From NCBI RefSeq assembly GCF_009914755.1, contig NC_060927.1: a DNA stretch of 64,000 nucleotides. One strand, written 5' to 3'. Position numbers and translations under genes: made by a program. The DNA is from the human T2T-CHM13v2.0 reference genome, Homo sapiens. The notes beneath the pieces are model-generated. The model did not search any database. It was not told the DNA's origin and worked only from the letters and a program-made list of their open reading frames with translations. This document shows, in pieces, positions 25,585 through 42,914 of this stretch (position 1 is the stretch's first letter; each line of letters begins with the position of its first letter).

Positions 25585-27770
25585 ACTGTTTTTAAATAAA
25601 CTTTATTGAGAAATAAGTTATATAGAATGAAATGCACATTTTAAATGTACAGAGATTTTTTTTCCAATTTTTTATATTGGTAAAATATAAGTAACATAAA
25701 ATGTACCATCTTAACCATTTTTAAATGTATAGTTTAGTGGTATTAAGTGCATTCATAATGTTGTGCAACCATTAACACTATTTATATCTAGAGCCCTTTT
25801 CGTCTTTTAAAACTAAAACTCCATACCCATTGAACAATAATTCCCTATTCCCCCATTCCCCAGTCACTGGCAACAGCCATTCTATTTTCTGTCTCTGTGA
25901 TTTTGACTACTTTTCATACATTATATAAATGGAATCATACAGTAAGTATCTTTTGTCGCTAATTTCATTTATTTAATGTAATATCCCCAAAGATCATGCA
26001 TGTTGTAGCATACATAAGAATTTTCTTCCTATGGTTGAATACTATTACAGTATATGTATATACTACATTTCCCTTATCCATTCATCAGTCAATAGATACT
26101 TGGATTGCTTCCATGTTTTGGCTATTGTAAATAATACTGCTATGCACATGGGCATACAAAATCTCTTTGAGGCCTTGCTTTCGATTTTGGTGGGGGGGTG
26201 GTTACAGAGAGCTGGAATTACTGCATCATATGGTAATTCCATTTTTAATATTTTTGAGGAACTGCCATATTGTTTTTTACAGCAGCTGTAACACTTTACA
26301 TTCTCACCAACTGTGCACCAAGGGTTCTTATTTCTCTACATCCTCATCAACACGTATTACCTTCTGTTTTCTTGATAGCAGCCATCCTAATGGGTGTGGT
26401 GAAATCTTAGTTTTGATTTGCATTTCCCTAATGGTTAGTGATGTTAAGCGTCTTTAATTTCTTTCAGTAATGTTTTATCGTTTTTATTGTGCAAGACTTT
26501 CACCTCCTTGGTTAAATTAATTCCTAAATATTTTATTTATTTTGATGCTATTGAAAATAATTTTTTTATAATTCCCTTTTCAGTGTGTTCACTATTAGTG
26601 AGAGTGGGGTATTGGAGTCTCCAACTATGATTGTGCAACTGTCTACCCCTTCAATTGTCTTTTTTTTACTTCATATATTTGATGGTCTGTTATTATGTGC
26701 ATAAAAGTTCATAATCATTAATCATCTTGCTATATTAAAATTTTAGTAATATGTTCTTCGTCTCTTGTAAAATTTTTAAAATTTAGTCTATTTAGTCTGA
26801 GAGTGTAGCCACAACCACCCTTGCACTCTTTGGGATACCATTTGCATTTCTTTCATCCTTTCACTTTCTATCTGTGTCTTTGAACCTAAAATGAGTCTCT
26901 TATAGACAGCAGATAGTTGGATTATGTTTTTCAATCCATTCCACCAATCTATGTCTTTTAATTGGAGAGCTTAATTCGTTACTGATACGGAGAGACTTAC
27001 TTCTGTCATTTTGCTATTTGATTTCTATATGCTGTGTAGCTTTTTTGTTGCCTCCCCAGGGTTAGCTGGGTTTTTTTTTATCTCTTCCTTTTGGTTTTTT
27101 GAATGTTGTAGTTTAAAAATATTGTCTCTGTACCAAGGATTAGCCTGATGTGTAAACCTAAATTCTTTCCAGATCTTTTCTGCACTTGCACCTTTCTCAG
27201 GGCATGTGTGGTCACTTTCTGATATTCCCTATACATGCAGTTTCTTTCAAATTTCCTAGTCTTTATTGTCAGCCTCCTATGCACAGATAAAGAGAAAAAT
27301 GAAGGGAATAGGGATAAGGCACTGGAAATCATTCAGCTGGAGGGAAGGGGGCTTCCACCAATGGGAAGAAGTGCAACAGTTATGACAGATTCTTTGTCTG
27401 CACTTTTGTAATCAGAAGCAATAATCAGCAATCAGTGCACGGATACCCAGTATTTGGAGTACGTGATCCTTTTTGCCCACTCTGACTCTTACTAGCTATC
27501 TGCAGGTTGCTCCAGGAGCATGCGTACAGCTACCTGCCACGAGGATAGGGGTGGGGAATGGGTAGCTGCTATTGAGTATATGCTGGAATTCACTGAAATT
27601 AACCACAATTTATCATCCAAGCCTTCCCCTGGAAGTTGCAAGCCTTCAACATACTTCAGAGTTACAAAAGAGTTGTATCAGACAGATTCTACCTGTGCAA
27701 TTGTTGTCCAGGTGGGGAGACAAATTCTTGATTCTTCATATTCCACCTTCCCAGAATCCCCTATCTGCTG
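25585..27770 (-). mobile_element. old L1M composite (L1MB-like 3' end plus discontinuous ORF2 and 5' fragments)
   Basis: L1MB 3' end 'aacataaaatgtaccatcttaaccattttt...cattcataatgttgtgcaacc'; endonuclease-region sequence at ~26600-27050; putative 5' segment at ~27120-27770. Confidence 0.75.
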
Positions 27771-30279
27771 GTTGTGTATAGAATCTCTTTGAGCTGTTGC
27801 CTACCATTTTGGCATTATTCTGGCATTATTATTTCTCAATATGCTAAAGAAAAGACTAGAGATTTAAACGGTAGACAATAACTAGCCTTTAAGTTTGTAT
27901 AGTATTTTTTTGCCTCCTGTTTTTGATAGATCTCATTGCACTATTTTTCAGAGCAGTGTCTTAGGATTCCTGCTAGATTATTTAATTTAGGTCACTACTG
28001 TTTCTGTTAATATCATTTATTTTTTCCCCTTAATTGTCCTTTTAACTATGTATAATCCTGCTGAATGTATGTCATTGTTGGGAGTGCTCTAATATTCAGA
28101 TTTTGAATCCACTGGTCATTTCTCTTTTGAATATTCATTTTTTCTTATCTTCCTTCAAAGTACGCTTATCTTTATTTTTATGGAATTCTATAGCCAAGCC
28201 AAGACGTGGTACATGATGTACGTGATGGCTTGCAGGTAGGCTTTGAAGTCTCTCAAGAGGGTTGCCCTTCATTCTCCTTGCACCTATCCTGCTGCTGTAT
28301 TTCCATAGTAAATGGCATGATGCCCCCAACTTAGTGAAGGTGGATGGTGAAGCTCCCAGAGCCTGGAAACCCAGAGCACTCACCTGATCAACATCTCAGT
28401 TCCCACTTCTTGTCACAATGTACCGCAAACATTGTGCATCCTCAGTGCACACGTTTTCAGTTTTTACAACCAACAGTCCTATTTATCATTTTATTATAAT
28501 TGTCAGCTGAATGATCTATGCACATTTTGTGACAACATTGACCTTTTGGGAGGAAAAATAGTCTGTACTTAAGGGTTCATTTATAGGGGATTGTTCTGTT
28601 AAAAATACAACACATAGAGAAAAAAGAATGTGATAACTGATTATATTTAGTGATGCATGTATAAATATACATATGAAAACTTATGAAGTCATGGCTCTTT
28701 GGGAAATAAAAATGTTGAAAGAGAGCCCAGTTACACACTTTGACATCTCCTAGTTTTTCAACAGAAGAACCATTCTATATTACCTGTTTATAGACACTGA
28801 AAAGGGGGAAAGGGCATTAAGATTAACTGACAATAAATAAATGTTTAATATTTTTCGAAAATTGAGCATCACCTTATATATGTTAACTCAGTCCATTTCA
28901 ACTGTATGTAGTAGAAAAAGCTCATATTCTTGTGTTACAAATATTGACAAGGAAGAAGAGGTAAGCTTTGATGCATACCTAAAGTGACCAAAAGTTAGTG
29001 ACAGAGCCAACCTGTTAACAAAACCATGCTGAATTCCAACACTATGAGAAAACTGGGATTGAAAGTAAATGCTCACACCCCAAAGTGCTCTGATCATACT
29101 TACTTGATATCTCTGCTTGTCTCCAAATAATTATCTTTGAATCCTATCCACGTGATTCTACTCTCTTCTTAAACTGCCCTTCTACAGATTTCTTCTCCAT
29201 GGGAAACCAGCAGTGAGAGACATGGCAGTATAGACATTTCAAGAAGAATGAGTGATAGCCACCAATGATTTGGTAATACAAAGCTTGTGCTGCCCATCTT
29301 AATATTTTATTAATATGAAAATAAATGATATAAAACATCCGTTTCTTCTAAGAGTATCTTTAGCTGTGAATATACATCTAAGACAGTTTTAATAAATATG
29401 TGGGGATTTTTGGTGTAAATGTGTTATCCAGCAAGAGGGAAGACAGTAGAATCCTTGGAGGCAGAGGTTACTGTCTGACAGAAAGTTATTTGGAGGTAAA
29501 AGTTCTATTTTTCTTGCTTGTTTGTTTGTTTGTTTGGTTGGTTGGTTTTTAAACAATGTCAGTCATACAATGCCTCTCATAGAGTAGGTACTCAAAATAT
29601 ATGTGTGAAATTAATGTTGCCTCTCCACAATTTCTCCTTGTGGAATAAATTTTTTTAAATGGCTTTTAGTTTTAAATCATCTTCATGAACATTTCCTGAA
29701 AGAGAGAGAGAGACAGATAGTGCCTTTAATTTCTATCATCTCCTATGAAGTATACAAATGGTCAATAACCTCTAAAATTCCTTAGTAGCCTATGTTACTG
29801 TCATCCAATTATAATTTCTTGCATAACGAAGACCTTGACTCTGGATTATCAGTAATGACATTTTTGGACATGTGTGAAGAAACAGCAACTTTTTGTAGTT
29901 TTGATTAATAAAGTGGCCATGGAGATATCTTTGTGGCCTTTAATGAACTTTCTTTTCTGATTCTTCTTACAATTTGATAGCCTTCTTCCAAAAGGGAAAA
30001 ATAAGCTCCTCTTGAAGCCTGGGATAATGCAATAGCATTGAGGATTAAATTGATGAATTAAAGGTAAGAGGCAATTTGGGGAGCTATAATTATACCAGTG
30101 GCCTCGAGAAGACTATACTATCTAACAGCTTCTGTTATTTTTCTGACTACACCATGGCATCACTGGGAGGCTCCTCGCAATCTACTATGATCAGACATTC
30201 GTAGATTGTTTCTTTTTTTAAAAAAAATTATATTTCAGATACAGAGAATATCATGGTTTTGGCTAACTCATATATATGG

Positions 30280-30390
30280 CCCTTGGAAGTAAAGTTTTGT
30301 CCATTAGTTCAAGGCCATGTTCCCAGTGTCTTGAACAGTGCCTGGAGGAGCAGGAACTCAATAGATATTTTGGATAAAGGAATGAATTAA
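30280..30390 (+). mobile_element. L2 3' tail
   Basis: 'cccagtgtcttgaacagtgcctgg...ctcaatagatattt...gaatgaat'. Confidence 0.65.
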
Positions 30391-30637
30391 TTGCTCAATT
30401 GAAAAATGTCTATGGCTTCAATTATCTATTATTGTAAACCTTTAACAATAGAGGTATTGAAAGTTTTCTGAATACTATCATTGAATTGATATATAAGTAT
30501 GAACCCCTTGAAAATAGTAAAATTATCTGGTAATCACTTCTGATCATGAATTTCACCACTTTTCAGATGGAAAGAGAATAACGTCTCTAATTTGGATCCA
30601 GAAATCTGAGATTCTGGATTTAAGGGAACTGGTGTTA

Positions 30638-30990
<353 letters not shown>

Positions 30991-32369
30991 TCATGGTTTT
31001 CCAAAGTTGAAGCAATGGTTTTTTATAAATATGGTAGATAGCCAGTCAAATGGAAATGGTATGATAAGCATTATACAAAAAAATAGAACTGAGGCAAACA
31101 CCTCTGCCCAAACACCAACCTGATAGTAGGCTCAGATGATTAAAAAAAAAAAAGTACTTTATTTTTTTTAGAGCAATAGGTATTAAAGAAAGAAGTCTTT
31201 TGAAGATAGCTAAACATTTTGGATGTTAATTAAAACCCTATTCTATATGTGGGTTGAAGCATAGTTTAGGACACTTCTAGGTAAATGTGGTTTATTTCTA
31301 AACACCAAATAGAAAAGAGTTCTTAGAGGACACATTTAAGATTATTCAAGATTTCTGTACAGTGCAAGAATCCATTGCGGAAGAAAAGAAAGAGAAATTT
31401 CTTATTTAAGTTAATGGGAGGAAAAAGAAAAAAGAATATTTAAAGCCCAATAGGAATGGGAAGAATAGAAGAACTTATGAAGAATAATGTTTAGTGAAAA
31501 TAACATTCTAGCTTTCTATATAATACCAGCTAAAGGAGTGTATATAATAAATAATGAAAATGCTAGTAACCAGAATTAAGCATATCCAGTCTTTTAGAAA
31601 CCAATTCTTACCAGATTTCTGAAAGATAAATATTTAACTAGTTTTTCTATGTGTGGTGGACTATGTGGATTCAAACTCTTCCTTACTAATTTTACTGTTA
31701 CTTTTTAAACATGAGGCTGCTGAAGAATAACCAAATTCTACATTGTCCTCAAGGAAGACACAGCCAATTATATACGATTGATTTATTTAATTTTGTCATT
31801 TTTTTCTTCTTTCATAAAAAATCAATATAGTTTGAAAATAAAATAGTTTACATAACTTAGCTTTAACTGAATGTAATATTCAATTAGATTTCACCAAATA
31901 ACTATTTCAATAATTCAGCGTTCTTTTTCCTCCTCCCCTTTCCAAACACTATCTGTCTTTTCTCCTCCCAGTCAAACTAGTTAATTTGTCAGGAATCGTG
32001 TCACGAACATAAACATTCTGATAATAGTCCCTCTTTGCAAACAGAATTGATGGCAATATAAACAATTGCTCTAAGTAAGTCAGCATTTAAGTTTGCCAAC
32101 ATTGCCCTTTTAGGCTCTATAACTTACCGAGAACTCATTTCATTTTGAGAACAACTTATTGGTAACCAGTTAAAACTAGCTTGATCTTTTTTATTTCAAA
32201 TGTTTTATATGCTCCCAGAGCAAAAAAATTAATTAATTATCACTTGCATCTGGTACAGAGGTAGGGATTCTATATGAAACTTACCAACTGTGTAATGCAG
32301 ATAAAGTTTCTAATCTTAATTAAATACCAGTTCCATTATCTGAAAGTACCAGTTCATATCTAATGTTTA

Positions 32370-32907
32370 ATAAAATTCCTTACAATGACTCCTCATCTCA
32401 CTTAGGGTAAAAGCCAGTCAGAATAATCTAAAAGGCTCGTCTACAGTTAACCCTCTCCTCACCTTCTTGCTTCCTCTGTTCAATTCACTAGGGTTCTCTG
32501 CTGTCTGAAAATTTCCAAGGCACGTTGTCATATAAGAGCTCGTGTGTACTGGCATTTCCTCTGCCTGGATGGGTATTCTCCCGAATATCCATTTGCCTCC
32601 TTTATCTCTTTCAAGCATTTGTTCAAATGTCACTTGATAAGTTGACCACCCTGACCATCCTATGGAAAAATATGTCTCTGCTACTTCAGTACTTCCTATC
32701 TTTACTCCCATTTTATTTTTCATTACAGCACATATATTAAGTGCTTTACTTTTCAAATTGTCTGTTTTCAACCACTAGAATGAAAGCATGATGAAGGCAG
32801 GGATTTTTGCAATTGTTACTGCTGTATGCCCAGGGCACAAAACAGTGTCTGGCACCTAGGGAGGACCCACTATATGTTTTGATATTTGCTTAATGAATGA
32901 GTAAATG
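32370..32907 (+). mobile_element. L2a 3' fragment
   Basis: 'ttcctctgcctgga...ttcaaatgtcac...ccaccctgacca...actagaatgaaagc...gtgtctggcac...aatgaatgagtaaatg'. Confidence 0.85.
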
Positions 32908-33795
32908 CACATTTACTGCATCTTATATTTTCACAGGGCTTTCAGACTTTTTCTTTCTGTCAGTAGAAATGTGTACTTTTGGGTTCCAGAATCTTATATG
33001 GCTAACATGTGGGTTAATGAGAAAGCTAACTCCTTTTTATACTTGAATGGAGGGAATGGCACATACATAATCAAATATAAGATTTGATTATGCAAAACCA
33101 ATTTTATCATTAAACCATTCTATTAAGTTAATATTAATATAATTGAAAGCAGTATCATTTGCATCATCGGCATTAATTTCATAACTTTTTAGGAAAAGCT
33201 ATATGAATCTGCCAAAAATATTTAATTTTTAAAAAATAACTGGTTACTTTGTATAGAAATAATTTTAATATTTAGCATGCTTATACAAATGGGAATGAGC
33301 TTATCACAGTTGTTAATGAGTAGCCTTCAATTTGTTAGCTTTGAAGTTCAATCATTTACGTAGCACCTACTCACCTAATTTATTAATCTACTATTAAGTT
33401 CAAGGATTATCTTGCTACCACCAAATAGGGCGAAAAAGAATAAAAACAGTTTTACTGCCCTGTCTTGTACTCAATAAGCCAATGTTTGAAATTATCTAAA
33501 AATGTAAATTAATATTTAATATTTAACCAAATTGTTTCCCTGCTGCAAAAATATCTGGGAAATAATGTTCTTGCCCTCCTTTCCCCAAATAAATTGTAAA
33601 GATAACAAATGGAAAATATTGGTGATAATTGGACAAGCTATGGCAATCTGAATGAGATGAAATATGATTTTGAATAGATTGCTACCTACTGTCAAGTTGA
33701 CATTGACATAGATTGGAAAATATCCATTTTTCTTGTGTAAAGAACCATTACTTGGCTGCATTTAATTCTCGGGCATTCTCTAATCTAATCTATCC

Positions 33796-33980
33796 CAGTG
33801 GTATAACCATGTAGTCTCTGGACCAAACAACGTCAGTATACCCCTGAGAACTTGTTTGAAATACAAATTCTTGAACCCTACCCCAAACCTATTAATCAAA
33901 ACTCTGAGAGTGGGGCCCAGTGATGAGTTTTTAAACAACTATTTCAGATAGTTCTCATGCAAATAGTTTGAGAAACACTG
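33796..33980. mobile_element. MER5A hAT-Charlie, full length
   Basis: TIRs cagtgg...aaacactg, ~185 bp, canonical internal sequence. Confidence 0.85.
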
Positions 33981-34557
33981 ATTGTTCCTGTTCTGTCAAT
34001 AAATATGTAGACACTATTATGTATAAGATACTATGTCTTATGCAGAACAGTAAGATGCAAAATATATGTTTCCTCCCATAGAAGAAATTATCCTGAAGAT
34101 TACTATAAAGATTCTGAAGGAAAGTCTTCTGAAATGACATTCTGCTAGCAACCATGAATATTATTTGTTGAAGAAATGAAGCACTGACCCAGTCTTTCTC
34201 TGGCTTTTGTTTTATTTTTAGAAATCTCTAAGCCCATATTTATAAATTTAAATTTGGGAGATAAAAGAGTTTAAGTTTAATATAAAAACATTAGTAATCC
34301 TGTCAGGATGAAAAATCATATTCATGTACAATTGTAACACAAAACAAAATAATTCTTTTTTATCATACCTCCATAAATTTTGACTTAGAAAATCGAGTAA
34401 GAAGTAACCAATCAGAATAAGGATAGGAGATGTTCACCAAGACACTTCCTTTACTATCTTTGAACGATACAATTAATCACTGTTTCAATTTCTTTCATGT
34501 CATTCTCATTGTAAACTATATTAGCTTCTTCATGGATAGGATACATTTGATATTATA

Positions 34558-35155
34558 TGTCAGTTGTCCAGACAGAAAAACACAAAACACTCTAGGTATT
34601 TCAGACTAAGAGCCTTTAATACAGGAATTGTTTACAAAAATGTTAGGACTGGAGGAGAAAAGAGCAAAGGATGACATAAATCAGACATTAGAAAAAAGAA
34701 ATTGCTACTTCCCCTAAGGTTGGCCAACCAAAACTGAGGAGCTTGTCTTAGCAGATCTTAGGGTTACATACCTGTCTAACACTGCTGTAGGACTCTGCTA
34801 CTCAGAACTGCCACCAATACCACTTTGAGAGCTGCCAAATACTACTACTGGCCTAGGCTGGCCCTGCCATTTTGGTCAGCAGTGCTAGAGCAAGCTAGCA
34901 GCTAAACTGGAACTGCAGGTTTGCTGGAACGTGTAGCTGCCTACTGATGTTGAGGACAAATCTAGAAGCCAAGAAAAAAAAAATAACACTTGCCTTTTTT
35001 CCTATCTTTCAGTATCCCACTAGTAACTCCCATTATCAGAAGTAACCAGAAGTTAGCTGGAAAAGTGTTGTTTGCAGGGTCTCGGCCCATGGAATACAAA
35101 ATAATGCACAAAAGGGTGGAATGAAGCTAAAAGAAAGGAGGTACAATACTTACAC
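34558..35155 (-). mobile_element. ancient LTR (LTR78/LTR79-like)
   Basis: 'tgtcagttgtccagacagaaaaacacaaaacactctaggtatttca...tttaatacaggaattg' resembles the reverse end of old ERV LTRs. The family is uncertain. Confidence 0.5.
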
Positions 35156-35382
35156 AGATGTGAGGACATATTTTTAAAAAATCAGTTGGACTTCACAGAA
35201 TCACAGAATTTAAGAGCTTGCCTGATCCTTGATATCCTTTTGCCTGTGCTATTTTTTGAAATATTAATACTTTTCAGTTATATAACTGAGGTTTTGAAAG
35301 AAAATCTGAGGAATAAGTTCATTGTAAAATAGATAAAGGCAAAACTGTGTGGAAACTGATGTTGAAAGGTTAGATCCCTGCC

Positions 35383-35796
35383 TGTAGTGGGCACTATTGG
35401 GATGCCATTGTACCCCATCATTTTCCCCTTTGCCAGATTGACTGATGCGTTTCCCACTTAGTTGATGGAAGTGTTGGTTTCTTCTGGCTCACAGCTGCCC
35501 TGTTCTCTGGAAAATTGCCCTGGGCTGAATGGAGGTGCCCCACGCCCTCTGGGTAGGCTTGCTGCTCTGACAAAAAGCTATTCTCCTTGTCTCAAGGCAG
35601 AGCCAGCCTGTGGTGTGGAGTGTGCTCCCGAACCCTCATGGGAGAGACCAAAGCTAGACTTTACCTTAAACTATATTGTCACCTGGCTCTTCTTTCTTCC
35701 CCTTACGGCTTTACCTCACCTACTTCACTCCCTCAATAAATCACATGTCCTGAATCCTTGTCTAAGGTTCTGCTTCTAGGTACTCCAACCTAAGAT
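35383..35796 (+). mobile_element. ERVL solo LTR, LTR16-like
   Basis: Begins 'tgtagtgg' and ends 'ctcaataaatcacatgtcctgaatccttgtctaaggttctgcttctagg...cctaaga'. Confidence 0.75.
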
Positions 35797-36624
35797 GGTA
35801 TCCATACTGTTTCTCCTCACTCTCAAATTTGAGCTTCACATGAGTTGCCTCATTTTACAGTAGACAATACTGAGTCACAGAAAGTCATCTATCTAAGTGC
35901 CTTGTCCAAGGTCATGTTGCTTTAAACCTAGTGTTCCAGCCCTAGATTCATTGTACCACACGGTTTTTAAGTCTCATTAAAATAAAAAAATCAGGATATT
36001 TTTGTAATTTCCCTTAAGATCCGCAAAATGAAGTCCGGAGTGACTGGTAGATAAAAATTATTGATTTAAAAACAAAGCTGTCATTGAGGTGTTAGATTAA
36101 ATGACTCCTAGAAACATTGTGGGGGTTCCATGGGTGATTTTTTTCAGCCTTCACATGAGTGTACATTCTCTTCCTCATTCCACTTTCTTCCTCCTTTTTG
36201 TTGTTCATGTTCCTTTTCATGTTCAGTGCTAGTTTTGTTGTTGTTTTTTAAACCACCTGTGCTGAAGGAAGGACTGGTTTCTTACTGGGGCGACTGCACA
36301 CATGAGTATGCAATAACTTTGATTCAGCTAGCAAGTGCGCTTTCATAGAATCATGCCTGGGAATCTTTCTGAATAAATCTTACACTGGTGTCCTTTGCCA
36401 AACTTCGCATTTTCAAATTGCAGGTCTTATATAAGGGCTTTCAACTTAACATTTGTCAGTTTTTGTTTTTGTTTATTAGCTTCTGATCTCTTTTAACAAA
36501 GAGATCATTCCATGTAATCATTCCTTATAATATTTGATAGGTCTTTGGTGCTAGTCAAATACTTTTCTACACAGTAAATGATGTTTAACATATTCCTACC
36601 TACATAAAAGGCTAAACGGACCCT

Positions 36625-36729
36625 TATTATGGGTTAAATGGCGTTCTCCCAAAATTCATGTGTTCCTTCCCCCATCTATAAATCTGACCTTATTTGGAAA
36701 TAGGGTCATTGAAGATTTAATTAGTTAAG
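36625..36729 (+). mobile_element. MLT1B/C-like LTR 5' fragment
   Basis: 'tattatgggttaaatggcgttctcccaaaattcatgtgtt...gaccttatttggaaatagggtc...attagttaag'. Confidence 0.75.
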
Positions 36730-37777
36730 AAACTAGTAGGCTTCCAGTTCCAAGAAGGCCAAATAGGAAGAGCTCCAGTCTATAGCTCCCAGCATGAGCG
36801 ACGCAGAAGACGGATGATTTCTGCATTTCCAACTCAGGTACTGGGTTCATCTCACTGGGACTTGTTGGACTGTGGGTGCAGCCCACAGAGTGTGAGCCGA
36901 AGCAGGGCAGGGCATCGCCTCACTCGGGAATCACAAGGGGTCAGGGAATTCCCTCTGCTAACCAAGGGAAGCCATGACAGATGGTTCCGGGAAAATTGGG
37001 ACACTCCCACCCTAATACTGTGCTTTTCCAATGGTCTTAGCAAATGGCACACCAGGAGATTATATCTTGCACCTGGCTCAGAGGGTCCCGTGCCCACGGA
37101 GCCTTGCTCACTGCTAACACAGCAGTCCAAGATCGAACTGCAAGGCAGCAGCAAGGCTGGTGGAGGGGCGTCCTCCACTGCTGAGGCTTGAGTAGGTAAA
37201 CAAAGCGGCTGGGAAGCTCCAACTGGGTGGAGCCCACCCCAGCTCAAGGAGGCCTGCCTGCCTTTGTAGACTCCACCTCTGGGGGCAGGGCATAGCTGAA
37301 CAAAAGGCACAGAAACTTCTGCAGACTTAAACGCCCCTGTCTGACAGTTTTGAAGAGAGCATTGCTTCTCTGAGCACGGAGTTTGAGATCTGATAATGGA
37401 CAGACTGCCTCCTCAAGTGAGACCCTGACCCCCAAGTAGCCTAACTGGGAGACATCTCACAATAGGGGCCGACTGACACCTCACAAGGCCGAGTGCCCCT
37501 CTGAGACGAAGCTTCCAGAGGAAGGATCAGACAGCAACATTTGCTGTTCTGCAATATTTGCTGTTCTGCAGCCTCTGCTGGTGATACCCAGGCCAAGAGG
37601 GTCTGTACTGGACCTCCAGCAAACTCCAACAGACCTGCAGCTGAGGGTCCTGACTGTTAGAAGGAAAACTAACAAACAGAAAGGAATAGCATCAACGTCA
37701 ACAAAAAGGACATCTACACCAAAACCCCACCTGTGGGTCACCATCATCAAAGACCAAAGGTAGCTAAAACCACAAAG

Positions 37778-38806
37778 ATGGGGAGAAACCAGAGCAGAAA
37801 ATCTGAAAATTCTAAAAATCAGAGTGCCTCTTCTCCTCCAAACGAACACAGCTCCTCGCTAGCAATAGAACAAAGCTGGACGGAGAATGACTTTGACAAG
37901 TTGACAAAAGTAGGCTTCAGAAGATCAGTAATAACAAACTTCTCCAATCTAAAGCAGGATGTTCGAACCCATCGCAAAGAAGCTAAAAACCTTGAAAAAA
38001 GATTAGACGAATGGCTAACTAGAATAAACAGCATAGAGAAGACCTTAAATGACCTGACAGAGTTGAAAACCATGGCACAAGAACTACGTGACACATGCAC
38101 AAGCTTCAGTAGCTAATTCGATCAAGTGGAAGAAAGGGTATCAGTGATTGAAGATCAAATTAATGAAATGAAGCGAGAAGAGAAGTTTAGAGAAAAAAGA
38201 GTAAAAAGCAACAAACAAAGCCTCCAAGAAATATGGTACTATGTGAAGAGACCAAATCTACCTCTGATTGGTGTACCTGAAAGTGACGGGGAGAATGGAA
38301 CCAAGCTGGAAAACACTCTTCAGGGTATTATCCAGGAGAACTTCCCCAACCTAGCAAGGCAGGCCAACATTCAAATTAAGGAAATACATAGAACACCACA
38401 AAGATACTCCTTGAGAATCAGAGCAACCCCTAGACACATAATTGTCAGATTCACAAAGGTTGTAATGAAGGAAAATATGTTAAGGGCAGCCAGAGAGAAA
38501 GGTCAGGTTACCCATAAATGGAAGCCCATCAGACTAACAGTAGATCTCTCAACAGGAACTCTATAAGCCAGAAGAGAGTGGGGGCCGATATTCAACATTC
38601 TTAAAGAAAAGAATTTTCAACCCAGAATTTCATATCCAGCCAAACTAAGCTTCATAAGTGAAGGAGAAATAAAATTCTTTACAGACAAGCAAATGCTGAG
38701 AGATTTTATCACCACCAGGCCTGCCTTACAAGAGCTCCTAAAGGAAGCAGTAAACATGGAAAGGAATAACCGGTACCAGCCACTGCAAAAATATGCCAAA
38801 TTGTAA
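37778..38806 (+). pseudogene. L1 ORF1p (disrupted)
   Basis: MGRNQSRKSENSKNQSASSPP...; in-frame TAA at 38114-38116 and 38564-38566. Confidence 0.93.
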
Positions 38807-38869
38807 AGACCATCAATGCTAGGAAGAAACTTCATCAACTAACAAGCAAAATAACCAGCTAACGTCATA

Positions 38870-42679
<3,810 letters not shown>

Positions 42680-42914
42680 ACAATGAGAACACTTGGACAC
42701 AGGGTGGGGAGCATCACATACCGGGGCCTGTCGTGGAGTGGGGGAAGGGGGGAAGGATAGCATTAGGAGAAATACCTGATGTAAATTATGAGTTGATGGG
42801 TACAGCACACCAACATGGCACATGTATACATATGTAACAAACCTGCACGTTGTGCACATGTACCCTAGAACTTAAAGTATAATAAATAAATTTTTAAAAA
42901 AGAAATTAGTAAAC

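Noticed and set aside
37533-37572. Tandem repeat 'atttgctgttctgca' x2 in the L1 5'UTR
   Set aside because: As I recall it is a normal feature of L1PA 5'UTRs of this age, not specific to this locus.
42715-42760. G-quadruplex-like G runs
   Set aside because: This is the standard L1 3'UTR polypurine tract.
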